NCBI RefSeq assembly: GCF_006345805.1
Contig: NC_043012.1
Span: 28,334,001-28,398,000, forward strand
Length of the DNA: 64,000 nucleotides
Direction of reading: 5' to 3'
Source of the DNA: Octopus sinensis
Taxonomy: Eukaryota
Shown here piece after piece: positions 48,201 to 61,891 of this stretch. How positions within the stretch are numbered: the first letter of the stretch is position 1; each line of letters starts with the position of its first letter. A model generated the notes under the pieces. The model saw only the letters and a program-made list of their open reading frames with translations, was not told where the DNA came from and did not search any database. Both the position numbers and the translations under genes were made by a program.

Positions 48201-48651
48201 CACGCATACAAAAATACCCTGTTGTTGATGCTGAAATTCCTGTGAAGGATCCTTGGATCTAGGTTAGAAACCGGTTCTTTCTCTATTAGCAAGAAATCTT
48301 GAAATAAACTGAAAACTGACATACATACATAAACACAGGTCGCGGTTTCAAAGCGACGAAAATATTTTGACACAAATTAAATTTAAATGTTGAAGTGAAT
48401 CTAACGGTTTTTTGCGGGTTCTTAAATGGCTTATAAACATCTTCCACGCTACAATTGTTTTTGTTTCAGTACACAATCTCAGATCAAGTCACTCACTTGC
48501 TATGCAAGTACATCTCCGTAAAAAGAAAATAATGATTTGAAAATTTATGAATTCTTTCAGCACCCCCACCCCACCCCACCCCCACTCTACCAATTTTGGC
48601 CAATATTTTCGCACCTCGCACTATGGGAGAAGCCTTGATGAATGAATGAAT

Positions 48652-48682
<31 letters not shown>

Positions 48683-49259
48683 CAGAATGTGTGTGTGTAA
48701 GGTAAATATATATAGGGAAGGAGAAATTTTACAATGCGAAAAGCAAAAAATGAAAGAGAAATATGTTTTGAATACTGCAAGTAAAGATAGTTGCTACTTC
48801 TGATTAGCGTTAGACTATCAACAGTATACATGTGTGTATGTGCGCACGCGCGCGCGTGTGTCCTGAGTGGCATAATATACTGGAGTAAATGAAATCATTA
48901 TAAGCTATGGACATCCTTAGGTGCGGGTGTGTGGACTTGGCAAACAACATAGAGGGTGTGGATGTTGTAGGTAAAGATTATAAAGTACGTTGGTTTGATG
49001 CTGGAGTGAAAACATTAATTGGATGTGTTGCCAATGTGTATCAGTTATTGGATGGATAGATTTTCGACACTTTTGTTTTGTTATATCACTTCATTTCATG
49101 ATGCGCGGTCAAGAATTGTTTCAAGAATGAAATTAGACGAAAATGCTTATGTTGAAGTTAGAAAATATTATTTCTGTTCTGTTATGGGATGTTTTGACAT
49201 AAAATATTTGTATTAATTTCGTTTATATTTAATTGCTTTATATCATTTCATACACACAA

Positions 49260-49487
49260 GGCGGCGAGCTGGCAGAATCGTTAGCATGACGGGCAAAATG
49301 CTTTGCGGCATTTCGTCCGTCTTTATGTTCTGAGTTCAAATACTGCCGAAGTCGACTTTGCCTTTTATCTATTCGAGGTCGATAAAATAAGTACCAGTTG
49401 AACACTGAGGTTGATCCAGTCGACTAGCCCCCTCATCCCAAAAAGAAAAAAAACTGCTAGCCCTGCGCCAAAATTTGAAACCATTAT
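49260..49487 (+). mobile_element. tRNA-derived SINE, family B
   Basis: GGCGGCGAGCTGGCAGAATCGTTAG...GAGTTCAAAT, then GACTTTGCCTTT...GGTCGATAAAATAAGTACCAG. Degraded minus copies lie at ~13330, ~30310, ~31270, ~39470 and ~61930. Confidence 0.8.
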
Positions 49488-49518
49488 TTCTTACACACAA
49501 TCGCACATACAAATTCTA

Positions 49519-49841
49519 GCACTCCGTCGGTTACAACCATGAGGGTTCCAGTTGATCCGATGAACGGAACAGTCTGCTCGTGAAATTAACGTGCAAGTGG
49601 CTGAGCACTCTACAGACACGTGTACACTTAACGTAGTTCTCGGGGAGATTCAGCGTGACACAGAATGTTACAAGGCTGGCCCTTTGAAATACAGGTACTA
49701 CTTATTCTTGCCAACTGAGTGGAATGGGATCAACGTGAAATAAAGTGCCTTGCTCAAAGACACAACGCACCGCCGGGAATCGAACTCACGACCATACGAT
49801 TCTGAACCGAATACCCTAACCACTAAGTCAGGCGACTTCAC
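49519..49841 (-). mobile_element. SINE with family-C 3' tail and a different head/central region
   Basis: 49519-49697 matches 61516-61697; the head GTGAAGTCGCCTGACTTAGTGGTTAGGG...GTGTCTTTGAGCAAGGCACTTT differs. Confidence 0.8.
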
Positions 49842-51327
49842 ATCACATACAAATAAAGACATATAAACAGACATAGATAGACACACACACACGTACTCAT
49901 ACTGAGGTACTCAGACACATTTACTCGCGGACACACACACACACACACATACACACACACACACATGCACGGAAGCTTCTCGGCCAGCTTGAACCAACAT
50001 ATAAAAAAGCAAAGCAAAATTTTGTTCAAATTCCACCATAAACTCTCTTATAAAAGGAAGGATACATTGGATATTGTAGTCCAAGATAAATGTTTGACAA
50101 AATAAAAGATAGGATATTAACTATTTGAACGTGTTACATCATAGGTTAGATTTACTTGAACAGTCCTGGGGTTAAAGAGATAATCACATGCACGCACATG
50201 CACAACAATATCATCACCGCCACTACAAGTCACACTGTCACCACAGAATTCAACATCCAAAAGAACCAATTCCCACCACCACCAACACCGTAGATGCAGC
50301 AAATCATCTACCACCACCACCACCACCACCACCGCCGCCATAACATATGCTGTCACTCCCGTTCATGTCCTCCAACACCATCTCAGATACCACCACAAAC
50401 ATCACGCCACCACAGCTAACAACAACAGCACCCAAGTATCGCCTCTAAATCTGCCGCATCCATTACCACCACCACCATTTGTAGTTGAACAGTACAGAAA
50501 AGAATTACAATCGGCTGACATTTTTAACTAGTTGGGCGTTGAAAGATTGAAAAAACTGTACCAGTTAACAGACCAGTAATCAGATGGTTTGATGGCTTGA
50601 TAAGAATACAAAATAGCAGACAGTCTTTAACAATTACAGATTCATTTATTATATTTAAAGATAATTAAAAAACCGTTATTTTAACATGTTGATGATGATC
50701 ATATACTGCTGACAGAGCCATAGTAGTATGGTGAATGAATAAATAATTTATATTTCAGATTATTTTAAAGTAATCTTTATATCCAACTAAACGTGAATGT
50801 CTCGTTAGAACACTAAATACTGCGTTATTAGCCTTGAGAGACCCTCTCATATAAGCTCTTGGTACGTAAAAAGCACACACGTAGATCATAACGGACGAGA
50901 ATCATGCACATATATGTGTGTGTGTGTATTTATAGATATTTCGGTGCATGTATATAGGTATACTTAAGTGTGCGTGCGTCTGTGTATGTGTATATATATG
51001 AAAATATACATCTGTGACATCACCTCATTCTCTCCCCCCCTCTCTCTATCTACACACACAGACACAGACGTTACTATCTGTAACACGACGTCCCAGTCCA
51101 CTGCCCTTCTTTCTTTTGGCATGGAAATTGTAAATTGCCAGTCTGACTAGAATATTTATTGACCCTTATAAATGCTTTCCTAAATAAAATTGCACTTCAT
51201 GTTTGAAGCCCCGATGAAGATATAGGACGACACACAAGCATTTAACTATGTGTGCGTTGCATCTTATAGCAGAAACAGCCGTTAGCTAATAAAATTCATG
51301 ACAATTTCTTTTCCATTATCATTTTAA

Positions 51328-51460
<133 letters not shown>

Positions 51461-51529
51461 ATACTGGGAGGATAAGAAACGGAACGAAGCGAAGAATCGA
51501 ACGAACCCGACGCGAAGCGCTGTCAGACA

Positions 51530-52359
51530 ATAGTGTAATAAATAAAATATATGCATACATACAAACATATATGTACGTACCTACATCTACATGTATACAT
51601 ATATGCATATATAAATATATATATACAGGACACCACAAAAAGACGTAGAACTCGACAGAAACGAAAACGGAAAAGCCATTTTTTTACAACAGAAAGACAG
51701 AGACGTGGAACAGGACGAGAACGAAAACGGGAAAAACATTATTTACAACAGAAAAACAAGGTACAGGACAAACTACACAAGGAAAAAGAACAAAGGTCTT
51801 TCGTTTGTTTTTCTCGTTTGTTTTCTTGTTTATTTTGATTTCTCGTATTGTATTTTATTTCTCGTTTTGTATTTTCTTGTACATGTATTTTTAACTTTGT
51901 ATTTTTATCTTGTATTTTATTGTGCAGTTCTATTGTTACGTCCCGTTTGTGTTACATTTTTTCGTGCTTGTTTTACCCCTCTGCGAGGTTATTTTATTTT
52001 AATTCTCTCGCAGGAAGGCCTAGTATTGACGAGTCGTGTCCTGTCTTGCCTTCGAAACACGCTAAGTCTACTAGCGACAGCTGATGATTGGGGATTTTCC
52101 TTGTGTAGCTTGTCCTGTACCTTGTTTTTCTGTTGTAAATAATGTTTTTCCCGTTTTCGTTCTCGTCCTGTTCCACGTCTCTGTTTTTCTGTTGTAAAAA
52201 TATGGCTTTTCCGTTTTCGTTTCTGTCGAGTTCTACGTCTGTTTGTGGTGTCCTGTACTTACGTATATATATATTTATATATGCATGTATATATACATGT
52301 AGATGTAGGTACGTACATATATGTTTGTATGTATGCATATATTTTATTTATTACACTAT
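51530..52359. mobile_element. Foldback/MITE-like structure: ~260-bp inverted arms (51530-51786, 52095-52359) and ~310-bp spacer, within (TA)n-rich sequence
   Basis: The arms are near-exact reverse complements, also visible as matching ORF-track peptides 51551(+) and 51994(-). Each arm carries an internal ~55-bp sub-repeat. Confidence 0.8.
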
Positions 52360-52360
52360 A

Positions 52361-52410
<50 letters not shown>

Positions 52411-53077
52411 AATGGAACAAAAACGCAATAGAGGGCATTAAAACGTTCAGACAGATAGACGACACAAATCCAGACAAGAGAAACAGCAATTAGGACAGGC
52501 AAAAAAGACGGGTCATTCTTGGCTTTCTGTCTTAGTCAAGCACCAGAAGTAACGACAATTTCGGACAGTTACACTTGAGATGGCTCGATCTGGTTGCCCC
52601 CAAAAAGTCCCCTTTGTAAGAAAACTAGCGAATGTGTATGGCAACAAAACAAAAAAAAAACAAAAAAAACGGAGAACATGCTACAGAATTACGAATACAA
52701 ACAAGAAATAATAACAGGCGTCTTTCGACTGAGAACGATTCAGATTGAGCTGGCGCAAGGTATTTTAGTCGACTAAAGGCTCAAGACCGACACAGGGAAG
52801 ATTCTGAGACTAGAGAAGTATTAACAATAACACAGATGGGTTGTAGTTCACTACAGCTGTTTCAGACGTGATCTTTATTGATGAAAAAAAAAAATTACAT
52901 CAAATAAAATAACCCTGTTTTGTTCAAGTGAATTAAGAGTAAAATTTAACATTTAGGATTTTTCACACAAATAGTACATCTTAGTTAAAGCTGAGAGAGC
53001 TGTTATTATTTATATATATTTATATATACACACATATGTAAGTGTGTGTGTGTATGTGTGTGTGTGTGTGTGTGTGT

Positions 53078-53635
53078 GAAGGCGCATGGTTCAGTGGTTA
53101 TAATAAATACCTTGATGCAGTACCAGGTACTGGCTCTCGTGGCTTCCGATCTTAACCGATTGCAAGTGTTATCATGTACATGATTTGTTTTGGAGTAAAA
53201 ATGGGCTACAGCAAATATTCTGCTCAGTGCCACAGATTTACTTGTCAGTTGCTTGACCTTAACCAGTTGAGCATGTCCCTTGATGGCTAACGATATCTGC
53301 ATCTCTGATCATGAGCAGAAGTAGTGGGAGAGCATCATAAACCTGCATTGGGAGGAATTATTTGCAGTGGGAATAATTCACCTCTGGAAACATGGATGTT
53401 TCGTACAACATCCTTAAAGAACCCTTATTCAAGGAATTTTTGAGCAGGATTAGCAACTCGACCTGAAGAAAATGCGCTGTTTATCTTGATATGAGATCAC
53501 TATGTTGCGCACATATGGTTGTGCTGCATGTGTTTGGTGTACTCTTATCAGACGGGTAGTCACGATGGGTATATTGAGTTTGGTATATTTTACCCCAGTG
53601 TCCTTTTGATGGCATGCACTGCTCTCCAACTCAAT
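53078..53635 (+). mobile_element. tRNA-derived SINE, family D, with (CAA/TAA)n tail
   Basis: Head GAAGGCGCATGGTTCAGTGGTTA; central TGACCTTAACCAGTTGAGCATGTCCC; A-rich trinucleotide tail. Confidence 0.65.
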
Positions 53636-53779
53636 AACAACAACAACAACAATAACAAAATCAATAACAACAACAACAATAGTAACAATGTATATATATA
53701 TCATTAGAAAAGGAAGGTACATCATACATAATTACATGGAAGCTCCTAGAATAACCAGGATCGTACCTCAACGGGCGCA

Positions 53780-53900
53780 AACGATGCAAATTTTGCTTGG
53801 TCGAAAGAACAAGATTCCTGAAAAACGCGGTCGATCCTTCTTAAACTCCAAAAAAGAGATGCTTAGTTGGTGCCCTCGTTAGAGGAAATTCATGTTAGGA
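53780..53900 (+). mobile_element. Penelope-like element C-terminal remnant
   Basis: RCKFCLVER...(frameshift)...FLNSKKEMLSWCPR*RKFML matches the CxLCLxEK...LNxRxE..CxH..KF.L pattern. Confidence 0.55.
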
Positions 53901-54199
53901 CCACAGAATTCCTTGTTTGCCGAGTGGGAAAAGTAATAGACAATGTGGTGACTCGTTTTAAACGCAACTGGAACCGATCTGAAGGGGATAATTTCATTCC
54001 GGAATTTTTTGTTTACAACCTTCACTGATCATGACGTATTCCTCCTTCTAGTTGCAGAGAGGCTATGTACCTCTGACCAACGAAACTGACGACTCGTTTA
54101 TACAACTATGTGCTTTATAGGTGCGAAACCAATGACCACTCTGTAATCAGCCTTTACAGACATATATACATATATATATATATATATAATATATATATA

Positions 54200-54243
<44 letters not shown>

Positions 54244-54349
54244 AATTTAAATATACAATCAATTCAAATAAACGAATAATAAAATTAACAGATAACAAGA
54301 GGACGTGCACACGGAATGTATTAGTTCCACACTCGGTAAAAAGAGCGAG

Positions 54350-54383
54350 TTTGACGTTTCGAACAATAGCTCTTCGTTGGAAA
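54350..54383 (-). other. Degenerate minimal hammerhead-like motif, second copy
   Basis: UUU-CCAACGA-A-GAGC-UAUU-GUUC-GAAA-CG-U-C-AAA; two core substitutions. Confidence 0.35.
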
Positions 54384-54439
54384 GGAGAAAAGGAAAAGTT
54401 CAAAGCAAGAAAAGAAATCGCTAACAGCATATGAGCAGT

Positions 54440-54477
<38 letters not shown>

Positions 54478-54873
54478 AACACACACACACATATACGAAA
54501 AGAAAATGGATGTAAATAACAAGGAGAAATTCGTCGTTTTCGCCGGTATGTCTTTTAATTTAATTAATCAACAAAGAAGAAGGTACTATTTATGATTGTT
54601 TCAATTTACTAGTTTCAGTAAATATCTTCAGAATGTGAAAAATAAATTGATACATCGGTCATGGTAATTAAGTCAAAATTTGTTAGTCGTACATTATATT
54701 ATGTTCTTAGGTTGATTATTCTGCTGGGGAGTGGATTTCATTGTAGTAAATTAGTTAGTTTATGGTTCCGCTGGGTGATTAAAGCGGGTGTATATTATTT
54801 TGGTGTGAAATCCCGAGTTTGACTAAGCACAGTTTTTGTGCACGTGTGTATTAAATTGGTGAGTTTTAGTCAC

Positions 54874-55123
54874 TGTTACACATTCATATCTATGTGTATA
54901 CGTAGGTGTAGAATACATATCTATGTGTATATGTGTGTAGAATACATCCCAACTATTGGCACTATTTGTTAGTAAACAGTATAAGCTACGTCTAAGGCGG
55001 ATACACACAATGTGTATCATTCCGCTGTATATCGACAGTTCGTAACAATTAAACACGTAAAATGATAACAATGCCTTCATTGAGTTGTCTATCATCCCAT
55101 CAAGAACGAAACAAAGCATAACA
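54874..55123 (+). repeat. 5' LTR (250 bp), TGTTA...TAACA
   Basis: Short terminal inverted repeat immediately followed by the PBS. The 5' boundary is inferred and cannot be confirmed without a 3' LTR. Confidence 0.7.
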
Positions 55124-55136
55124 TGGTGGCAGCGGT
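55124..55136 (+). promoter_or_regulatory. Primer-binding site complementary to the tRNA-Leu 3' end
   Basis: TGGTGGCAGCGGT is complementary to ...ACCGCTGCCA-CCA of tRNA-Leu(AAG/TAG-type), as recalled. Confidence 0.75.
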
Positions 55137-55244
55137 AAATAATCAGAAACTGTGCCTCTACAACAAAACAGGAACACAACAAACCTGAAATTTAACAAAC
55201 TGAATATCGCTTCGTCTTCGGACACACATACACGAGGATCCAAA

Positions 55245-57472
55245 ATGGCGACCTATGTCGCCATACAGATGAATCTACATCCGGCCACGAACTGGGACGC
55301 CGATGATATCGTGGAAGCGTTCAAGAAATGCAAACAGAAAACTCAACTGGCTTTCAAAAGCTTCCTGAAAGGTACAACCGCCGATGAAAAGGTAAGCTAC
55401 ATCCTTTTATGGACGAGAGAGAAGGGCCTAGACCTATTCAATAGCTGGGACATGTCAGAATCGGATTGCAATAATCCAGACAGACTTTTAGAGGAATATG
55501 AAAGGCACCTAGAGCCCAGATCCAACCATAGAATTCATAGATACGAATTCCAGGGCCTGAAATAAGACCCACAAAAAACGATTGACAACTTCCTGTCCAG
55601 ACTAAAGAATGTTGCCAAGAAATGCAAGTTCAAAGACAAAGATGAAAGGATTGTTGATCAACTAATATGGGGTGTGCTCATAAAGAAGTCCAGAAATCCC
55701 TCATAGGTAAGGACGCTCTCCAGTTAATAGAAGCAGTAGACACTGCAAGAGCATTCGAAGCCACTACCAAACAAATGGCCTCACTTACTTTACAAACAAG
55801 CGCACTAGGCAGCAGTGTAGATATTGTATCTAGGCATAGGACGAAACATACCCGCAAACAAAGAACATGCCAGTACTGTGGTACGGAACATGAGTTTAAT
55901 GATCAGAAGAAATGTCCTGCTTTCGGTACACACTGCAAAGCATGTGGAAAACCCAAGCACTGGGAAAAAATGTGTAGACTAACAAAATCTCAGAAATACA
56001 AGCCCCAATTTTCAAAGAGGAGCGGAAAGAGAAGACAAAGAGATATACATGCATAACAACAGGAACAAAACACCTCAGAAGAGGAATTCTTGGCAGTCGG
56101 CACAATAAATGTGCATGAGATGGGAAAGGACGACCAGAAAGAAAAATGAGGCATACACGACGATACGAATACAAAAGAAGTCTGGCAAGAAAAGAATAAA
56201 CATTGACTTAAGGCTGAAGATTGACACTGGAGCCCAGAGTGATATCTTGCCTGTCAATCTCTACAAAAAGATGTTCCCAGAACACATGACACAAGATGAT
56301 AAAATCAAAGAAGGAATCCTCACACCAAGTGATGTAATCCTCACTGCGTCCGGAGGTACCAGGATTCCACAACTGGGCAAAACAACAATCACAGGGACAC
56401 ACAAAGGAAAAATAATCAAGTGTTCTTTTAAAGTCACAAGAACAGAAGGACCAGCAATTCTTGGACTTAATACCTATCAAAAGCTTAATATTGTGTCAAT
56501 CAATGGTGAAGTGAAGGCAACTCCGAGCAGGATTGACAGAGATATGACTACCAAAGACCGACCACCAATCACAAATAAAGAAGAATTGATAAGCATGTAC
56601 CCAGAATACTTTGACGATACAGTCGGGTGCTTTGTGAAATGTCGATACCTTATAACAGTCGACCCCAATACCAAACCAATTGTTCACCCACCTCGCCGCG
56701 TTCCTCTAGAACTAAAAGAGAAGCTGAAGGCAGAGTTGGACAGAATGGAAAAAAAAAGAAAGTGACACGACCAACAGACTGGGTGAATTCAATTGTAATC
56801 AAAGAAAAACGCAATGGTACCCTACGGATATGCCTCGACCCAAGGGATCTGAACAAGGCATTAAAAAGAAAGTACCATCTAATGTACCTTGAAGAAATCA
56901 CACCATCATTAGCTGGATCCAAGATATTCAGCAAACTGGATGCTAGTAATGGGTACTGGAATGTAAAGATAGACAAAGAATCATCGATGCTAACTACCTT
57001 CAACACACCATTTGACAGATACCGATTCAACCGACTCCCATTTGGATTGAAGGTGAGCCAAGATGTTTTCCAGCGCCAAATAGATGAGACCTACCAAGGC
57101 TGCAAGGGAGCAATTGGGATAGTAGACGACATCCAAGTGCATGGCAAGGATGAGACTACACATGACTTGAATTTACATGAAACTATGGAGAAAACCCGAC
57201 AAGCATGTATCAAACTCAATGCAGACAAGTGTGTGATAAAAGCAAAGGAGTGCAAATTCTTTGGAATTATATACTCTGCAGAGGGAGTTAAACCAGACCC
57301 CGCTAAAGTGGAAGCCACCAGAGACATCAAAGAACCCAAAGACAAGAAGGAACTCAGGAGCTTCCTGGGACTCATCCAATACATGGGAGCCTTCATACCC
57401 AAGCTGGCCGATCACACTGCAAATCTACGAGAACTAAACAAAGATGACGTAGAGTTTGATTGGTATGCTTAA
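55245..57472 (+). pseudogene. gag-pol pseudogene of the gypsy element
   Basis: ATG at 55245; stop at 55563-55565; frameshifts near 55670, 56100 and 56755 (A-run). Confidence 0.88.
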
Positions 57473-58354
57473 ATAAAACTCTAAAGAAAATCGTACGTAC
57501 ATACATGCATACATGCATACATACATACATACATACATACATACATACATACATACATACATACATACATGCATGTAGGTAATATGTATGTGTATATATG
57601 TGTGTATGTGTTTTGTGATTTACTACATATTGAACCTATACATTTTAAGCCGACAAGAAAAGTGCAAATTAATTAAAGACATTGGACAACTACAAATGCC
57701 TATCATTTCATACAATGTTATCGTGGACAGAAGCAAGAAATATCAGCTGGACTAGTTTCAGTAATTGGCTGGGATTCCATCAGCAATCGTCTGACCTCTA
57801 ATTATATATTATATATTGTTTTTATAGCTACTATCGTTATCGAACTTATTAAATCGGATACACTAGTTTGATAAATGACGTAGTCTTAGAAATGAGTACA
57901 GTTAATAAATTACTGATGTACTAGCAATGTCAGCTTTTGATGCTATATACGATAAACTGCAGAATAAAGCTAAATATCTAAGACACCATTGCGTGCGTAA
58001 ATTTACTAATAAATATAAACACGCACACGCACCCCCCCCCCCGCATGCACGCACCTGAATGCGTCCGCGCGTACATATATGTTAACACACTACGCACTCC
58101 CATACATAAATAAATGTGTGTATTTTTGTATATGTGTGTGTGTGTGTGTGTGCGAGTGTGTGAGTGTGCGTGTGTGTGTTTTATATATATATAAAATACA
58201 TACATATTCATATAAATTTACACGCACATACATATATGCGTGCACGCGCACACAGAGCACTCAAATCCTAAGTATGTTTACTGTCAAGTTTTGCCTGTTC
58301 TAATTTCATTAAGCCTGGGGAGGAAATATTTTGTTTGTTTAAACATATGTACAT

Positions 58355-58407
<53 letters not shown>

Positions 58408-60715
58408 ACGCTTATTATGTGTGTTGTGTGTTAGATTGTGTGTAATCCAGTATCATGGACAGAACAGGTGGACAAAGAAGGTAAACCTGTTTGACAAGCT
58501 AAGCAAGCTCATCTCGTGACCTATCTCCCTTTTCTCTCTCTCATTCAAGCCCTCTCACTATGTCTTTCATACTCTCTGCCTGTCATTATGTATGTATGTA
58601 TGTATGTATGTATGTATGTATGTATGTATGTATGTATGTATGTATGTATGTATGTATGTATGTATGTATGTATGTATAAAACACTCTCACACACACTTCC
58701 CATATACATACCAATTGTACGCAAATACATACTTAGACTTATTTTTCGAGCTTTAAATTGTATTTAATCTTTACTTATTTCACAATATCCGCGTTGGCGT
58801 CTTTGCCGCCATTTTGCAACCTATTTTTTTCTTTACTTCTGTTGTTGCTGTCGTTGTTCTACATTTCACGTATTTCATTACTTCTGCTATGACAGGTCAT
58901 CAGTAGCAAAGAAATGCAGTACACTTGTATGTCTGCTTTCTTTGTTCTTCGTTGATGTCCCACCCTTTTTGTCAGTAATCTCTTCAGATTACGGTGTTGT
59001 TTTGCTCCAGCTCAGTTCTGTCCTGACTTTGTCGCAGACATTCCATCCGTGGCGATCCCATATTTTTGTACAATATGGGCTACAATGAGTGTAACTCAGC
59101 GGTTATTTCTCCGTTACTGACTGAAAATATTTCTTATATAGACACCTGATTGTTACAGAGATGAATTATATCCATTTCTTTCTACCTCTTCCGCAAGTAT
59201 TGGTTACGTGGGGGAATTAACTCTGTGTAGAAATGGATAGCAGATTACGGACCCCTGTTATCCTTAGTACCCTTTCATATATGATCCATACATCTACTTG
59301 ATGTTTTAGCTAGAAGCTCACTGCTCTCTCCGAGAAACTTTGCCTTTCAAACCCTTACGTAATTTCTTTGACGAGTCAGAAGTGTCTCCTTTATGAATTA
59401 CTGGTCTTTATCATAATACTACAATAGGGCTCCTATAAGCACTCTCTTTTTTCCCCCCAGGATTACATAGGTCATTAAGATTTAAAATAGCCAAACTGAA
59501 TCCACCAGTGAATTGTTCATCAACTTAATCTCTTGGGTTTTGCTGTTGTTTAATCCCATAATCACAGAGACCTATAGCCATAAACATTTCAACTGTAACT
59601 ATCTTGTCTTTCAAAGGTAACCAGGAAGACATTCTCTTTTTAATTCAGTAAGTATGGTTTGAAGAAGATCAGGCAGTGATTTCTAGCAGTCGAGTAATTG
59701 CATTGAGACAACGTTGTTGGTTCGTCGAATTTCTTGGTTTGGTTTTCTTAATAGGTATGTGTGTTAATATGTGTATATATATCAGTACATGAATACGTGT
59801 TAATATATGTATGTATATATACTAATCATTTAGATTGCTTATATTTTTCTCATTGTGAAAATTTAATTGTCCAATTTTGTTTCACAAGGAAACAGTTCTG
59901 GATGCTTTTATATTTATTCATGGTGTCACACAGCATACAAAATAGTTGTCTCTAAGTTTACAAGCTGTGCGGACAATTTTGTATTGGACTCTAGAATATA
60001 CTATTGAGAATCTAATGAGAATCTAAATCGTGATAGCCCAGTTACTGATCAAAATTTCTCGTTAACATACAAATGTCACGACAAAATTATGCATATTAAA
60101 AACATATTGATAAATTCATATGCTTTAACAAGTCACTTATTGTTAAAATTTGACCGATGTTTCTAATAGAAATACCACCTTCTATACATGACAATATTTT
60201 TATAAAGGATGTACAACAATTTGAGAAAAAGAGCATGTTAGTCGGCTATATATTTAATTCGTCATATTACTTTTTTCAGACTTTTTTTCAGACTTAAACA
60301 CAACATTGAGACAGCAGCATTTACAAAAAAGCGCAAGTTGCAGTAGTCTTAAAAACAGAAAGAATAAAAAAAGATAAAATATATAAGCATGTATTTCTCT
60401 ACCGGAAATTAATATCAATACAATACATCTAAGAGTGAGATCGTTATTCTTAAACAGAGCATCTTGGGTAAAAACCGAACCACTAAGATATTATTTTTAG
60501 GATTCTACAGGAGTCTTTGGCGGCGGGTGGGTGGGTGAAGAAGTAGGACTAGCATTTTCGTTCGGATACGTTTAAAAGCGCTGGTATTGAATGCAAAAAG
60601 ACAACAAAAACCCAAAACAAAAGAAAATAAAAAATAACGACAAACAAAAAACACAAACAAACAGACTTACATTGAGTCGAGAAAAGCTGAAAACACCTGA
60701 CGATACTGTTTAGAA

Positions 60716-61290
60716 CGAGGGGCTAACACACGAAAATTTCCTAAATCATAAAATTCATGAAATACCTTAAACACTTGAGAACTTATATATGCCTAGAGGA
60801 AGACATACGAAATTGGGCTCAAAGGTTCATAAGCTGATTATGAATGAGTGATGATAAACTCTGAAATCTTGCATGCATTAATTTCAACTCGTCTTATCAA
60901 TAACTAAATTGTTTGTTTCCAGGCAAACTCACGTCTAACTGTTCAAAGGAGACTTCAAAAGTAACTACTGGCAACTTTTGTTGAAAAACGACAAAATTTG
61001 GCATCGTGGCCTGATTATATACCGGCAGAAAAAGGGTTTAGTCTCCAATGACATTCATGCTGACATGGTTGTTACATTGGGGGTTGACGCTCCAGCTTTA
61101 TCAATAGTGCAAAAGTGGGCAACTGAATTTAGGAAGGGAAGGGAGAGCTTTGAAGATGATCCGAAGTCTGGACGTCATGCAACTGTCACCACCGAGGAAA
61201 ACATTGAACGTGCTCATAACATTGTGATGGATGACATACGATTGACTATAAATCAAACAGCCAATAATATTAGCAGTCCACGAAGCTAAT
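60716..61290 (+). mobile_element. mariner 5' fragment (HTH region)
   Basis: KKGLVSNDIHADMVVTLG...VQKWATEFRKGRESFEDDPKSGR; possible TIR start ACGAGGGG at ~60716. Confidence 0.8.
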
Positions 61291-61509
61291 GACACACATC
61301 AATTGGATTTCGAATGTAAATTTTGGAGGTGTGATAGATGCTACACGAAATAATAGAGTGTAGAGTGAAGGGGGTGACACCGAGGCATGTGCTGCACTTG
61401 TCTTTGAGCCTCAAGTGGGTGCGAAACAAAGAAGCCAGCCAGTCCATTAGAGTTTTGGTTAGCTTCAGAAGACATGTAACAAACATTTGACATTTTGCAG
61501 TATACATAT

Positions 61510-61891
61510 GGTGGTGGCACTCCGTCGGTTACGACGACGAGGGTTCCAGTTGACTCGATCAATGGAACAGCCGGCTCGTGAAATTAACGTGCAAGTGGCT
61601 GAGCTCTCCACAAACACGTGTACCCTTAAAGTAGTTCTCGGGGAGATTCAGCGTGACACAGAGTGTGACAAGGCTGGCTCTTTGAAATACAGGTACAACA
61701 GAAACAGGAAGAAAGAGTGAGAGAAAGTTGTGGAGAAAGAGTACAGCAGTACTACCACTCCCTGCCGGAGCCCCGTGGAGCTTTAGGTGTTTTCGCTCAA
61801 TAAACACTCACAGCGCCCAGTCTTGGAATGGAAACCGCGATCCTAAGACCACGAGTCCGCTGCCCTAACCACTGGGACATTGTGCCTCTAC
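61510..61891 (-). mobile_element. SINE family C, full length, CpG-intact
   Basis: Homologous to 6706-7077. Confidence 0.88.

Larger units (their letters stand above)
54874..57490 (+). mobile_element. Ty3/gypsy (Mag-like) LTR retrotransposon, 3'-truncated after RT
   Basis: 5' LTR, PBS, gag with Cys/His knuckles (CQYCGTEH...CPAFGTHCKACGKPKHWEKMC), protease KIDTGAQ, and RT motifs RICLDPRDLN, FSKLDASNGYW, IVDDI. No RNase H, integrase or 3' LTR. Confidence 0.93.

Noticed and set aside
50200-50480. His/Thr/Pro-rich stretch as a coding exon (also 2440-2560)
   Set aside because: (CCA)/(CAA)-rich low-complexity DNA with stops and no convincing splice pair.
51640-51790. Repeat-spacer-like pattern suggesting a CRISPR array (also 7480-7620)
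   Set aside because: Only 2-3 diverged tandem sub-repeats inside eukaryotic TEs; no constant repeat with unique spacers and no cas genes.
58805-58816. YY1-type motif CAAAATGGCGGC (minus) as the start of a second gene
   Set aside because: The ATG frame closes after 10 codons, no downstream exon is recognisable, and it borders a probable degraded LINE fragment.
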